Shown piece by piece: positions 1 through 10,203 of a stretch of 64,000 nucleotides of DNA. Made by a program: the position numbers and the translations under genes. Every line of letters starts with the position of its first letter. Positions within the stretch are counted from its first letter, which is position 1. The notes under the pieces were generated by a model. That model did not search any database, had not been told where the DNA came from, and saw only the letters and a list, made by a program, of their open reading frames with translations. Source of the DNA: Methanotrichaceae archaeon (GTDB lineage Archaea > Halobacteriota > Methanosarcinia > Methanotrichales > Methanotrichaceae); assembly GCA_963803145.1 (NCBI GenBank), contig CAWDLW010000011.1, positions 20,861 to 84,860 of the forward strand, written 5' to 3'.

Positions 1-2
1 CG

Positions 3-1913
3 CGTTATCTTTTTAATGAAATTCGGGAAGGAAGTCTAATAGCGGTTCGTAATTTCTGTGATCAACGGCGAAATCCTGACGGGAGTCCGTGTGGAGGACG
101 GAATGCCAGGGATGTGGGCTACGAAGGATATAGTATTCTCCAAATAGATCAGATTTATCCATGGCACTATGCCATGCAAGGTGATGGCGAACAAGGATAT
201 CCTGGATTTACTGTTCCTGCCACAGAAAGTGCAAGAACAGATTGGATAGAAATGGATACAGAAAACCGTGATGATGTATCAAGGATTAAATGTGAAGCGA
301 TACCGCTAAGAATGGCGTTTGAAAATAATCCAAGTATCGTTGGCGTTCCAGAGGTTTTTTTCGATTATTCTATGCCCATGCCTGGCTTCGAGGCGAGACT
401 CCTCACATCAGATATGACAAAAGAAATTCTAAATAAAGATATTGATAGGCTAGAAGCTCTAGAGCTTGGAAAACATATCGTTCAATATGATGTACCTATA
501 TTTATCCATCGAGGCGATCTATTAAGATTGCATTTCGGAATATTTGGCTACACTGGCGCGGGAAAAAGCAATCTAGTAAGCAACTTAGTTCACAATCTTT
601 TAGCTATTGTCCCAAAACCAAGTGATCAAGGTGCAAAAGTATTTAGAATTGTTTTAATTGATCTAATGGATGAATATACAGGCCTTTTAATTGATAATCT
701 ATTAGGGCATAGGGATAGCCGCCTCATTGTCTGTGGCCGTAACGAATTGCCGAGAGCGGTACAAGAGGCATGTATCAGAGCAGCCTTCGATATGGGTGAT
801 AGAGCCCAAGTGGAACAACAAGCTAGAGATGCGGCAAATGATTGGAGCCGGAGATTAATTCTGCCCGACGAATTGAAGTCGCTAAGCGAACGATATGCTG
901 AAGCCCTAACAAATCTTATTCTTGAACGACGAGTTTTGTTTTACGAATCAGATCAAGAACAAGGACTCGCATTTAGCATAGATCCTAATATCTTGAATGC
1001 GCTTATTGGTCAACAGGCTTACGGATCTGGTGCTCCAGGGACGGCTACACGAAATCAAAGAGTACCGGCATTAATCAATGAATTGACTCAACCGATTCGA
1101 AATGCGAGGAGGGTTCAAGGATATGAAAGAGATCAGGTGCTCGAATTTGTAATAAGGCGCTTAGAGACCGAAAAACAATTCATGCCCGCTAAAAATGCCA
1201 GAGATGCAATCGATAATTTTATACATACAGTTGAAGCTCATATGCATACTAGAGGCGCACTCCCTCAGAATATCGCTATAACTCCTTCTGATTTATCTGC
1301 TCAACTAAATGTCCGTCCTAATAATCAAGACCCCTTGATTCATCCATCCCTGACTATTGTTATTGGCGAAGATGAAAGCCACATAGCTAATTTTATTAGC
1401 CAGCTTGTTGATGATTGTTTTGAACAGAGAAGAGACGAAAGCATCCTCTACCCTACAATTAGTTTCATTTTCGATGAAGCGGATGTCTTTATTGGCCAAG
1501 GAAATCCCATTCTAGAAGATCAAACGACAATGCTAGCTAGACGAGGACGCAAGTTTGGCTTAGGGATTGGTATAGCAACCCAACGGATTGCTTATTTAAA
1601 TACATCGATCATGGCTCAACCCCACACGTATTTTATAAGCAAACTCCCAAGAAAATCAGATAGAAGCATAATTGCCGAAGCATTTGCGATTTCAGAAGAG
1701 ACCCTCAAGCAGACTTTCAGTTTTACAAAAGGTCAGTGGTTGGTCACAAGTCATGATGCAACAGGCTTGAAAAGTATACCGTTCCCTGTACAAGCGCCAA
1801 ATGCTAATGAAAGGGTTAGGGTTTGGCTTGATCCTACTGTATCTCAGGAGATATTCGATAGATTAGAACCAAATGGACGCCAACAACTGCCATGGTTAAA
1901 TTATTTGGGATAG
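3..1913 (+). CDS. HerA/FtsK-family ATPase (DUF87), 5'-truncated by the window edge
   Basis: Frame is open from position 3 (RYLFNEIREGSLIAVRNF...). Walker A GYTGAGKS, Walker B FIFDEAD, arginine-finger ARRGRKFG and ATQR sensor motifs are present. Confidence 0.85.
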   Translation, partial: RYLFNEIREGSLIAVRNFCDQRRNPDGSPCGGRNARDVGYEGYSILQIDQIYPWHYAMQGDGEQGYPGFTVPATESARTDWIEMDTENRDDVSRIKCEAIPLRMAFENNPSIVGVPEVFFDYSMPMPGFEARLLTSDMTKEILNKDIDRLEALELGKHIVQYDVPIFIHRGDLLRLHFGIFGYTGAGKSNLVSNLVHNLLAIVPKPSDQGAKVFRIVLIDLMDEYTGLLIDNLLGHRDSRLIVCGRNELPRAVQEACIRAAFDMGDRAQVEQQARDAANDWSRRLILPDELKSLSERYAEALTNLILERRVLFYESDQEQGLAFSIDPNILNALIGQQAYGSGAPGTATRNQRVPALINELTQPIRNARRVQGYERDQVLEFVIRRLETEKQFMPAKNARDAIDNFIHTVEAHMHTRGALPQNIAITPSDLSAQLNVRPNNQDPLIHPSLTIVIGEDESHIANFISQLVDDCFEQRRDESILYPTISFIFDEADVFIGQGNPILEDQTTMLARRGRKFGLGIGIATQRIAYLNTSIMAQPHTYFISKLPRKSDRSIIAEAFAISEETLKQTFSFTKGQWLVTSHDATGLKSIPFPVQAPNANERVRVWLDPTVSQEIFDRLEPNGRQQLPWLNYLG

Positions 1914-2140
1914 ATCAGAATGATTCCATTTTTAGTTGTAGATAGACCCGCATCATTACGAATCATTAAGGGATCAAATCCAAATGGCCCGATCGGCCTA
2001 ATGAGTCATGCAAATGCGAGCCCTCTATTTATAAAACTTTTCAAGAGCTATCCCTGTGGGGAAGGATTTTGCCATGCCCTTGATAAAAACGGGGAAAAAA
2101 ATTGTCCATATTCAAGTGAATTTATTAGATGTAGACAAGC

Positions 2141-3278
2141 GAGGATTCCTATTTACTTGTATCCTAAGGGCGGTTTTTTTAAATCGACTCTAGATTTGCC
2201 TTACGATGTTCGCTATTCTTGGTCTAACCTGTTTTTTTTCAGTTAATTCTCGATAGCATCCGCTATCCCTAAATGACATTTGCCTTTTTAAGAGTACAAA
2301 GCTGATACAAGTTAAAAGCGAAAGCGGTAACTATCATTTTCACATGCACTCTTCTGACTGATGTAACAAGCACTCTTCCAGCCTCGAAAACCCTCTTGAT
2401 TACAGCATGGGGCCTTTCGCCAGGCGATCTGAGGATACTGATCAACTGATTGCGTTCTTTATCAAGATCAGAAAGAGGTTTATCAGTAGTCCTGCGCTTC
2501 ATTGTAAAATCAATACCTTTGGCCTTCACACCGAAATATCCTCTATCTCTGAAAACTGGCACGCCAGGGATAGAGAGATCAACCTGACTGTCATGCAGTG
2601 ATGCAGTCGAGGTCTCTATATCACGTATTAGGCTGTAATCGATATCAGTTATTTGATGTAACTTATATCCGAAGTGAGTTTCATTGCCTTTCTTAGCCCA
2701 TGTGCCATCCTTGCTGCGACGTGTCTTAGCCTCATCGCCACGTGGTTTCTTTGACTCCGATGATCCTGGATCTGCTTCTATAAAGGTAGCATCCTGAACA
2801 ATTCCGCGTCTGATCTTCAATCCTTTTGCATCCAACTGTCTTTGAAGTTCAGCCCAAACAAGCCTATCTGTTCCTGTCTCCGCCATTCGTTCTTTGAATG
2901 ACCATATAGTTCTGGAATCAGGGAACTGATCAGGAAAACCAAGAAATGCCATAAATGATATGCGATCAGCCATTTGCCGTTCAACAGCCAGATCGCTCAG
3001 GCCATACCACTGCTGGAGAATCAGGATCCTGAACATTAGAATAACATCACAGTTGGGCCTTCCGCCCTTCTCGGTCTTATTAGTATACATCCCTTCCAGA
3101 AGAGGACGAAAGGGAACCCAATTGATCAATCCAGATACTTGAGCTAATTTAGACTCCTCTTGCTTTGCATTTAGACCTTTCAATACCCAAGTAGTAAAAG
3201 AATCCATAACAATAAATACTATTTGCTGTATTTAACACTTTCGATGCTAAAGCAGGGGGTAGGTTTATAGGAATCCTC
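2141..3278 (-). mobile_element. IS5-family insertion sequence, 1138 bp
   Basis: Terminal inverted repeats GAGGATTCCTATTTAC / GAGGATTCCTATAAAC. 4-bp target duplication AAGC at 2137-2140 and 3279-3282. Encodes a DDE transposase. Confidence 0.95.
2269..3207 (-). CDS. IS5-family transposase
   Basis: GGRP...LQQWYGLSD, PDSRTIW, VQDATFI, FGYKLH and DRGY motifs. Confidence 0.93.
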   Translation of the reverse strand: MDSFTTWVLKGLNAKQEESKLAQVSGLINWVPFRPLLEGMYTNKTEKGGRPNCDVILMFRILILQQWYGLSDLAVERQMADRISFMAFLGFPDQFPDSRTIWSFKERMAETGTDRLVWAELQRQLDAKGLKIRRGIVQDATFIEADPGSSESKKPRGDEAKTRRSKDGTWAKKGNETHFGYKLHQITDIDYSLIRDIETSTASLHDSQVDLSIPGVPVFRDRGYFGVKAKGIDFTMKRRTTDKPLSDLDKERNQLISILRSPGERPHAVIKRVFEAGRVLVTSVRRVHVKMIVTAFAFNLYQLCTLKKANVI

Positions 3279-4275
3279 AAGCAGAGCATATAATAAAAAA
3301 CACCATAAAAATATGCGATTGTGGTATGTTCACAAAGGAAGGCGCTAGGTTTTCCTATGAAGATCTATTTAGCATATACGAAAAAATGGGCGCAGATTAT
3401 GGTATCATGATAGATGTCTTTAAAGATAGAGAAGCAACTTTGAAAAGTGCGAGAAATGCAATTGATATTTATAACAAGCATAATTATAAATTTAAATTGG
3501 TTTTAGTTGCCCAGGGGACTAGTGTAGAAGAATATGTTAAATCGTATGAGGATCTATTAAACCTAGGAAGCGATTTTATTGCCGTAGGTGGTCTTCTTAA
3601 GAGACGCAAGAATACTGCGAGATATGTATATGTAGAAAGCTTGGGATTTATGAGCGATGTTCTTAAGTCGTTACGCAATGAATTTGATCCCAGTTGGCTA
3701 TTTGCGTTAGGATGCTATCACCCTAAAAGGCATAAGATGTTCGAAGAATATGGGGTATGGGGTAGCGATTATAAAGGATGGATTTTTCAATATAAAAAGC
3801 GTGAGCGCTTGATACAAATTCATTGGGAAAATATAATTAAACAGCTTAACGAAGTAGTTGGGGAAAATAGTGAGGCTACATTATCTTCATTTGCAGTTGA
3901 GATAAAAAAAAGGCGTGCAAAATTAATTAAGTACGAAAAGAAAGATTATAATAAATCGCGAAGGAATTTACCTGTTAAAGACAGAAATCCATTGTTCATA
4001 AAATTAGATTCTAAATTAATCCATGTGTTAAGTGATATTCAATCAGTATTATATTTGGATGGGTCTAGTTCTGTCATTGAAAATGAATTGAATTCTATAA
4101 TATTACTAGCATCAACATCCGAACAACAAATTAGGTTTAATCAATTGAGAAATTTAATCCGAAATCTCTCTTCAGTTAGGTCTAACATATAATCCAAAGC
4201 AAAGACCCTTATAAGAACTAGGATTTATTAAACAGGTACGAAGAACATCCTAATTTTAAAAAAATAATATTTTAT

Positions 4276-4514
4276 CCCATATTTCGCAGTATTGATTTTC
4301 AAAATCTATAATTTTCATGAAACTTAGGTCAAATTAATATTTACAATTTGCTGGTCAAATCGCTATTTCACACAAAAAAGAGGTGCCAAGATAACTGGCT
4401 CAAATAGTTTCTATTTTTCAAGTTGTTTACTTAAATTCGTTATTAGGATTCAATGTGCAAATTTAAATTAGCTTGAAAATTATTTTTGCTTGAAATGAAA
4501 GTGCGGAATGTGGG
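4276..4514. mobile_element. MITE, 239 bp, copy 1 (IS1634-like ends, inferred)
   Basis: Ends CCCATATTTCGCAGT...AGTGCGGAATGTGGG. 6-bp target duplication TTTTAT at 4270-4275 and 4515-4520. Near-identical to 50360-50598. Confidence 0.9.
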
Positions 4515-4529
4515 TTTTATCGATTTAAG

Positions 4530-4615
4530 AGGGCACAAAAACGTGCGAGGGTTCACTTTATCCCCGAACTTTAGGTCGTGGTATTCGTTACCCTCGGCGT
4601 TCCAGAAGTAATAAA
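4530..4615 (-). mobile_element. Orphan IS200/IS605-type left-end remnant
   Basis: Minus strand reads TTTAT-TACTTCTGGAACGCCGAGGGTAACGAATACCACGACCTAAAGTTCGGGGATAAAGTGAACCCTC. This has the same layout as the left end at 47150-47227. No tnpB follows. Confidence 0.55.
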
Positions 4616-4684
4616 TATATCATATGGAGTTAATACATATAAATCTATTTAATCTTCATTGATATAGAATCCCCCCTATACCGA

Positions 4685-4870
4685 TCAACATTGTCCACAA
4701 TATGAGGAGATCCCCAAAGCCTCAGCCTTCAGCTTTCTTGCCTTCTTCAGTGCCTCAGACTGACTCATCTTTCCACAACTCCCTAAATATCTAGTGATAA
4801 TCCTATTGCCTCCTGCCAGGAGCAAACCCACTTGAGATAATTTCGATCGCCTTTCTTACCCTCTATCCAG
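4685..4870 (-). pseudogene. Frameshifted remnant of a small basic protein (WxCSW...YLGSC.KMSQ.EAL.KARK.KAEALG family)
   Basis: Two frames give KKGDRNYLKWVCSWQE and GNRIITRYLGSCGKMSQSEALKKARKLKAEALGI. Confidence 0.45.
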
Positions 4871-5096
4871 CAATCTTCTCATCAATCGCTGATATCTCAA
4901 AGATTCGAATTTTGTAGCCGTTACACTATTCGCGATAACCACACGATCGATCATATCATTTACCGCACTTTCAGGCTTGAAATCATTGGCGGTAACTATG
5001 CCGCAGCTCCTATTCACGCCTATGGTAAAATAAAGTGCATAATAAATAGGAACATAGATCTTTAAACCAGTAAAGCCAGTAATTAAGGGGATATTA

Positions 5097-5606
5097 TTGA
5101 AGATAGAATCAATATTGTGTATAGTGCTAGTATCGCTAATGTTCCCTACTGCTATGGCGGCAATAGGTTCTACAAGTGATACCACGCCGCCGAGCGTTAT
5201 TAGTTTCAATTTTGGACCGAGGTTGGTAGATATATATAGCGGATCTCAGAATATCACATTCACAGTAAGATTGAAAGATGACTTAAGTGGTATTTCTGAC
5301 GGAGAACTAGATGGAAATCCAGTAATCCCATCACAGGCACGTTTCTATAGTGAATCGGGCGATAATTATCTTACTGTTGATTTTCGGTCACCGTCTAATG
5401 ATCCCAAGTTTAACAATTCCAACCTTGTTTCGGGGAATAAGTTAGACGGTACTTATATTAGTAACATGGTTGTGCCAAGAGATGCTGAGCCTGGCAATTG
5501 GACACTCGAATACCTCTCGGTAGTTGATGAGGCGAACAACAAGAGGGAATACGACACATACAAAATGTTTACGATGGGATTTCCAATCGAATTTTGGGTT
5601 GTATAA
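5097..5606 (+). CDS. Secreted hypothetical protein, Ig-like domain
   Basis: Signal peptide, DTTPP motif and beta-rich sequence. Confidence 0.6.
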   Translation: MKIESILCIVLVSLMFPTAMAAIGSTSDTTPPSVISFNFGPRLVDIYSGSQNITFTVRLKDDLSGISDGELDGNPVIPSQARFYSESGDNYLTVDFRSPSNDPKFNNSNLVSGNKLDGTYISNMVVPRDAEPGNWTLEYLSVVDEANNKREYDTYKMFTMGFPIEFWVV

Positions 5607-5994
5607 GGAAATCGCATATAGCGGTTTCCTTTGTTTTGGATAATATTGTAAACTCGATATGCTTTGACTACGAACTATGAACCTTTTGAAGTTGTATGTA
5701 GTAATCCTGTATGTTATGTATAGCAAATTGTACAACTTGCAGACCTCTGCAAAATCGGCCTAACGTCTATTCTACCTAGCCAATCATTCACATGCTTTAT
5801 GGAATAAATTTTCGACAATTGCCCGAATACGATTTTTCGGCAGCGACTAAAACAAAAATGCGCTGTATAATCCGGAGCGCACACTCATGCCTTCACAGGT
5901 CGGATAGATGTTTATAAAAATGTGATACGGCTTCGAAGATGCCAAAAATTGAAGGGACGGGCTTACAGGTTACGCGTACCCATGGGAGGTAGGG

Positions 5995-6327
5995 TCAGCC
6001 TGTATACCCCAAATCCTTGGCCTTGGCATAGGCTTCATTAGCTTCTTCGGTGCGGCCTAATGTATTGAGGATCATGGCTTTGCCGCTCCAGGCGTATGTA
6101 TATTGGGGATCAATCTTCATGGCCTGATCAAAAGCTTGGTCATCAAAGAACAGAAAAGCGGTAGTTCCTCTTGATGTCTGCCAGCCTGTTGGATATTCAA
6201 CTGTAAAGAATGGTCCATCCTAAATGGAATATTCGATCGCTTTCGCAATGGAAATAGGCGTTATATATAAAGCCAAAATCGAACATATACATAACGCCAA
6301 AGCTAAAATCCTCTTTCTGCGTTCCAC
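5995..6327 (-). pseudogene. Degenerate secreted TPR protein with an internal stop and a probable deletion
   Basis: Signal peptide, in-frame TAG at 6220-6222, and C-terminal TPR DQAMKIDPQYTYAWSGKAMILNTLGRTEEANEAYAKAKDLGYTG. Confidence 0.6.
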
Positions 6328-6474
6328 GAATTATCCCTCTGGGTTTTAGGTATCACCCTGGCAATTCACTTTCCAAAGATAAATACTTTCAAGCCTTTTG
6401 CAGTTACCAGTAATCAGATATGAACAAGAATGGATAGAAAATTAGAGAATGAAACAATAGTACTGTGAGGTTTT

Positions 6475-6807
6475 AGGCGAGCCAAACGCAGATTCACAGC
6501 GCCCTCCTCAGAGGGATCAACCACGGTAGTGGCGATCTTGAGACTCGCCTCGCACCTTCACACAGGCAATGCGAGACAGCACTGGTATCTGGCACAGCGC
6601 CCTTATTACAGGGACTCATTCATCAAGGATGAGGAGCCTGCACCCGCCTCGCCTGCACACATTCGATTCTCGCCGCGTTTATATACGAACTGAACGATGT
6701 ATGCCTTAACTCGCTTTCGCCGAAAACTTCGCTGTTAAGCAAGGCGCTCCATTGAGGGTGGACATACGGCCCTCGGAACTTAATCGGCTACAGCCCTGTA
6801 TCGCGGC
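6475..6807 (-). ncRNA. Candidate structured ncRNA of unknown class, copy A (~333 nt)
   Basis: No ORF. GC-rich with nested inverted repeats, colinear motif homology to 60255-60728, and a TATA box 26 nt upstream. Confidence 0.6.
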
Positions 6808-6832
6808 AAACTAACTATATTATCGTTATAGA

Positions 6833-6848
6833 TATTTATACTTTTTGG
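6833..6848 (-). promoter_or_regulatory. BRE/TATA promoter of ncRNA copy A
   Basis: CCAAAAAG-TATAAATA on the minus strand, 26 nt before the first helix. Confidence 0.6.
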
Positions 6849-6909
6849 TAGAGTTTTAAATTTCCGCTTATAATGGAAATCAGAAATTAAGCAGCCACCC
6901 ATGTGAAAG

Positions 6910-7117
6910 ATTTCTCCATAATAGTACCGAAGAAGTCAGTTGAAGGATCTGAAGTCTAGAGCGAAGGTTCCGCAGGTTTGCAAAGGCTCAAGCCAGAAAA
7001 GCGAAGTTGGACAAGTGGATCTGGATAAGCTTGAGCGTGATATCGAGGAAGAAGGCAATCGGGTTGCGCGAGAGAAGTACAAGATTTTTGCTGGACACTA
7101 ATGTCTTTAGACTATAA
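6910..7117 (+). pseudogene. VapBC-type toxin-antitoxin remnant
   Basis: Antitoxin-like tail LDKLERDIEEEGNRVAREKYKIFAGH* overlaps a PIN start FLLDTNVF that stops almost immediately. Confidence 0.5.
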
Positions 7118-7187
7118 TCGCTTAAATTTTCAGATAACACATTTATAGCAAATGCCATCATTTTCTAAAAGTACGAAGTGATAATAA

Positions 7188-8063
7188 ATGAGTATAAAGA
7201 AAAATACAGAAAAGAGCATATTCAGCCTTGTCGCAGTGACGATCGCAGCCTCTCTATTTTTTTGCACCATCGCCGCCTCAGGCCAGGCTGTACCTAACGG
7301 CAATGCATCGGCTGCAAATAATTCTGCCGCCGATATGACCTTCAAGCTCCTTCAGATCCAGGCGGATGTGCAGGGGAGCCTGAACGATTTGGATGCAGAT
7401 GTGGCAAATGCATCTCAGAATCTCTCGGCAACGGGCCTTGAGGGCGACGCAGCTCGTGGAGTTCTGAGCAAGCTGATGGAAACTAACACAAACCTGGTCG
7501 AAGCAGTGACGGTCAGCAAGAATGGAACGATCGCTGTGGCTGAATGCAAAGACTGCGAGGGCGGCGAAGGCGCTAACATAAGCAACCAGGAGCATATAGC
7601 CCATATTCTGAAGGATAAAACACCAGCGTTCAGCGACGAGTTCCTGCTTGTGGAAGGATATAATGGCACTGCTCTCGCATATCCAGTCTTCTCTCCGCAA
7701 GGTGAGCTATTGGGCGGCATCAGCACAATCATCAAGCCTGATAGTCTGGTAAATGCCAACGTGGCTCCAAAGCTGAACGGCACAAACTACAGCTTCTGGG
7801 TGATGCAGCTGGATGGCCTGATTGCCTACGACAGAGATTCAAGCCAGATTGGGAAATATCTATTCGAAGATCCGCTTTATAAATCATTCACAAGCCTTCT
7901 GGCCTTGGGACATACTATGGTGGCTGAGAGGTCGGGGCATGGCAACTACAGCTTCCAGGTCACTGAGGGCAATAAGACTGTAGTAACCAAGGATGTCTAC
8001 TGGACTACTGTTGGGCTTCATGGGAAGGAATGGCGGCTTGCCATCACCAGGATAATGAGCTGA
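7188..8063 (+). CDS. Secreted Cache/PDC-domain protein
   Basis: Signal peptide; AYPVFSPQGELLGGIS and WTTVGLHGKEWRL Cache-type motifs. Confidence 0.75.
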   Translation: MSIKKNTEKSIFSLVAVTIAASLFFCTIAASGQAVPNGNASAANNSAADMTFKLLQIQADVQGSLNDLDADVANASQNLSATGLEGDAARGVLSKLMETNTNLVEAVTVSKNGTIAVAECKDCEGGEGANISNQEHIAHILKDKTPAFSDEFLLVEGYNGTALAYPVFSPQGELLGGISTIIKPDSLVNANVAPKLNGTNYSFWVMQLDGLIAYDRDSSQIGKYLFEDPLYKSFTSLLALGHTMVAERSGHGNYSFQVTEGNKTVVTKDVYWTTVGLHGKEWRLAITRIMS

Positions 8064-8337
8064 GGCTTCTCTACTATTTTTTACTAAAAGCCTTCAGCAT
8101 CCTTGAATTCTTTTTCTCAGAATACACAACATCATCAGAATACACTGCGGCATCTGAAGCTTCCTCTTTGATCTCTTGTTAGCCGCTGTGTCTCTTGCAC
8201 TGTCTTCTCTGCCCCAATAGGCAAAGGGCTTCCTAGAATTTGGGCATGAAGAAGCAAGGATTACTAGCCTTGCAAAAGGGCAGATTCAAATATGTTTTAT
8301 ATAGATCCAGTGCATCCTCATCCTACGGGTACATATC

Positions 8338-8793
8338 GTGAGTTTACATAGCGGTGGCGTTTTATTATATAGGTTTAGAGGCGATGAACTTCAGATCTTG
8401 CTCGTTCACCCCGGAGGCCCATTTTGGAAGAAAAAGGATGAGGGAGCTTGGTCGATACCCAAAGGGCAGTTTGAAGAGAACGAAAGCCCGCTTGATGCTG
8501 CCAAAAGAGAATTCAAGGAAGAAACCGGCTTTGACGCTGATGGGAACTTTGTTGATCTTGGATCGATAAAGCAATCCAGCAAAAAGATAATACATGCCTG
8601 GGCGCTGGAAAGCGATTTAGATGAAACAAAGATCGTCAGCAATAACTTTGAGCTTGAATGGCCCAAAAATTCAGGACGTATGAAAGAATTCCCTGAAATA
8701 GATAAAGCAGGCTGGTTCAATATAGAACAGGCTAAGAAAAAGATGCAGAAAGGCCAGCTTGGCTTTATTAATAGACTTATGTCGAAATTATAA
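8338..8793 (+). CDS. NUDIX hydrolase
   Basis: LLVHPGGPFW and Nudix box GQFEENESPLDAAKREFKEETG. Confidence 0.9.
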   Translation: MSLHSGGVLLYRFRGDELQILLVHPGGPFWKKKDEGAWSIPKGQFEENESPLDAAKREFKEETGFDADGNFVDLGSIKQSSKKIIHAWALESDLDETKIVSNNFELEWPKNSGRMKEFPEIDKAGWFNIEQAKKKMQKGQLGFINRLMSKL

Positions 8794-8836
8794 CTTGCCT
8801 GTCTATCTTATACAACTTCCTAATTGCTACATCTAT

Positions 8837-9421
8837 CTATTTTCCCTTGATCTCCCCACCAATTGAGAATGCTCTGCCCAAAGATTTCCCTATGCCGTTG
8901 TATTTGCGGCCCTCTGGAGAGAATATAATGGGCATTACCTTTTCTATATCCGGAACTCCATCTGTGCCCAAAACGGTTTCATCGGCCTTGACATCCATGA
9001 CTTCGCCTATGAACTCTGTATGCAGCCCAATCTCAATATGGCGGAGCAATTTGCACTCAAGGATCAGAGGGAACTCTTTGACATAAGGAGCATCCACAAG
9101 ATCGCTCTTGACAGGGTTAAGACCCGTCGCCTTGAACTTATCCATATCACGTCCAGATACTATGCCGAAGTAATCTGCCTCCTTTACATGCCTCTCTGAA
9201 GGTATGCTCACTGTGAATGCTTTGCGTTCCAGAATATTTCCGTAGGTGTAAGTCGCCTTCCTAAGGGAAACATAGATGCAGGGAGGGACAGAGCAGCATA
9301 TTCCAGCCCAGGCTGCGGTCATAACGTTGGGCTTTCCATTTTTGTCGTATGTCCCCACAACGAAGACGGGCGTAGGGTATACTATTGTTTTTGCTCCCAG
9401 GGATTTCTTCATGAAGGTCAT
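8837..9421 (-). CDS. Flavin reductase family protein (flavoredoxin-like)
   Basis: [24 protein letters not shown]...HTEFIGEV. Confidence 0.9.
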   Translation of the reverse strand: MTFMKKSLGAKTIVYPTPVFVVGTYDKNGKPNVMTAAWAGICCSVPPCIYVSLRKATYTYGNILERKAFTVSIPSERHVKEADYFGIVSGRDMDKFKATGLNPVKSDLVDAPYVKEFPLILECKLLRHIEIGLHTEFIGEVMDVKADETVLGTDGVPDIEKVMPIIFSPEGRKYNGIGKSLGRAFSIGGEIKGK

Positions 9422-9585
9422 CTCATTATTATGAAGGCGTCATATCCATAAATTTGTGGCGATACCTTCCTTTCCTCAGGATTTTTGGAAATTTTGTACA
9501 AAATCCACAACCTTTTTCGTCAAGGATAACATATAGAGTCATAGATATTTGGTTCTCGGAGCATGATCGTAGGAGAAGTACATCC

Positions 9586-10023
9586 ATGGGAGAAATACAA
9601 CCAGGTGAAGACACTGCTAGCCACTGGTTCAAGCTTGGCAATGCACTGGCCAGTGGAGGTCAGTATGAAGAAGCAGTTAAGGCGTTGGATAAGGCAATCG
9701 AGCTTAATCCTAAGGATTCAGAAGTCTGGAACAACAGGGGAATCGTTCTTTTTTTCCTGAAAAAGAGTAAAGAGGCCATCTGGTCTTTTGAGAGGTCTAC
9801 AACGATTGACCCAAGGAATGCAGAAGCCTGGTACAATCGAGGCATTGTGCTTTGCAGCCTGGAAAGGTACGAGGATGCTGTAGTCTCCCTGGAAAAGGCT
9901 CTGGAGATTGATCCACAGAGTGCAATCGTCTGGCACAACAAAGGAGTTGCTCTCAAGCACCTTGGCAGGGATAATGAGGCCAGGTTTGCTTTTATGTGTG
10001 CTGGCAGGCTTGGGATGAGCTAA
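9586..10023 (+). CDS. TPR protein
   Basis: Four TPR units (AIELNPKDSEVWNNRG and similar). Start placed at ATG 9586. Confidence 0.85.
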   Translation: MGEIQPGEDTASHWFKLGNALASGGQYEEAVKALDKAIELNPKDSEVWNNRGIVLFFLKKSKEAIWSFERSTTIDPRNAEAWYNRGIVLCSLERYEDAVVSLEKALEIDPQSAIVWHNKGVALKHLGRDNEARFAFMCAGRLGMS

Positions 10024-10203
10024 GGATGGAGTTTGCGTGATGCTTCTAAAGTTGTAGTGAAGTCTTGTAGTGAAGCCGCAATAGGGGTTCATGAGTTCGA
10101 TCCTCACCAAAAGCATATAGCGAGTATAAAGTGAACCACGATATGCAAGCGCAGTCTCTGTCATGTTCCACCATATTTTCTTTTCAGCAGAAGTCAGCGA
10201 CCT

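Larger units (their letters stand above)
1920..4192 (+). pseudogene. tRNA-guanine transglycosylase (TGT/DpdA)-like protein interrupted by IS5
   Basis: Removing 2141-3282 joins 1920-2140 to 3283-4192 in frame (...CRQA|EHIIKNTIKICDCGMF...), giving 376 aa. TGT-barrel-like motifs: DCGMF, GIMIDV, VAQG, IAVGGL, FALG, GSD. Confidence 0.75.

Noticed and set aside
1920-2246. Independent 108-aa protein
   Set aside because: The last 34 codons are IS5 read-through; it is the N-terminus of the TGT-like gene.
6220-6222. Pyrrolysine read-through of in-frame TAG codons (also 48263-48265)
   Set aside because: The surrounding genes carry deletions or further stops and no pyl genes are visible; decay is the simpler explanation.
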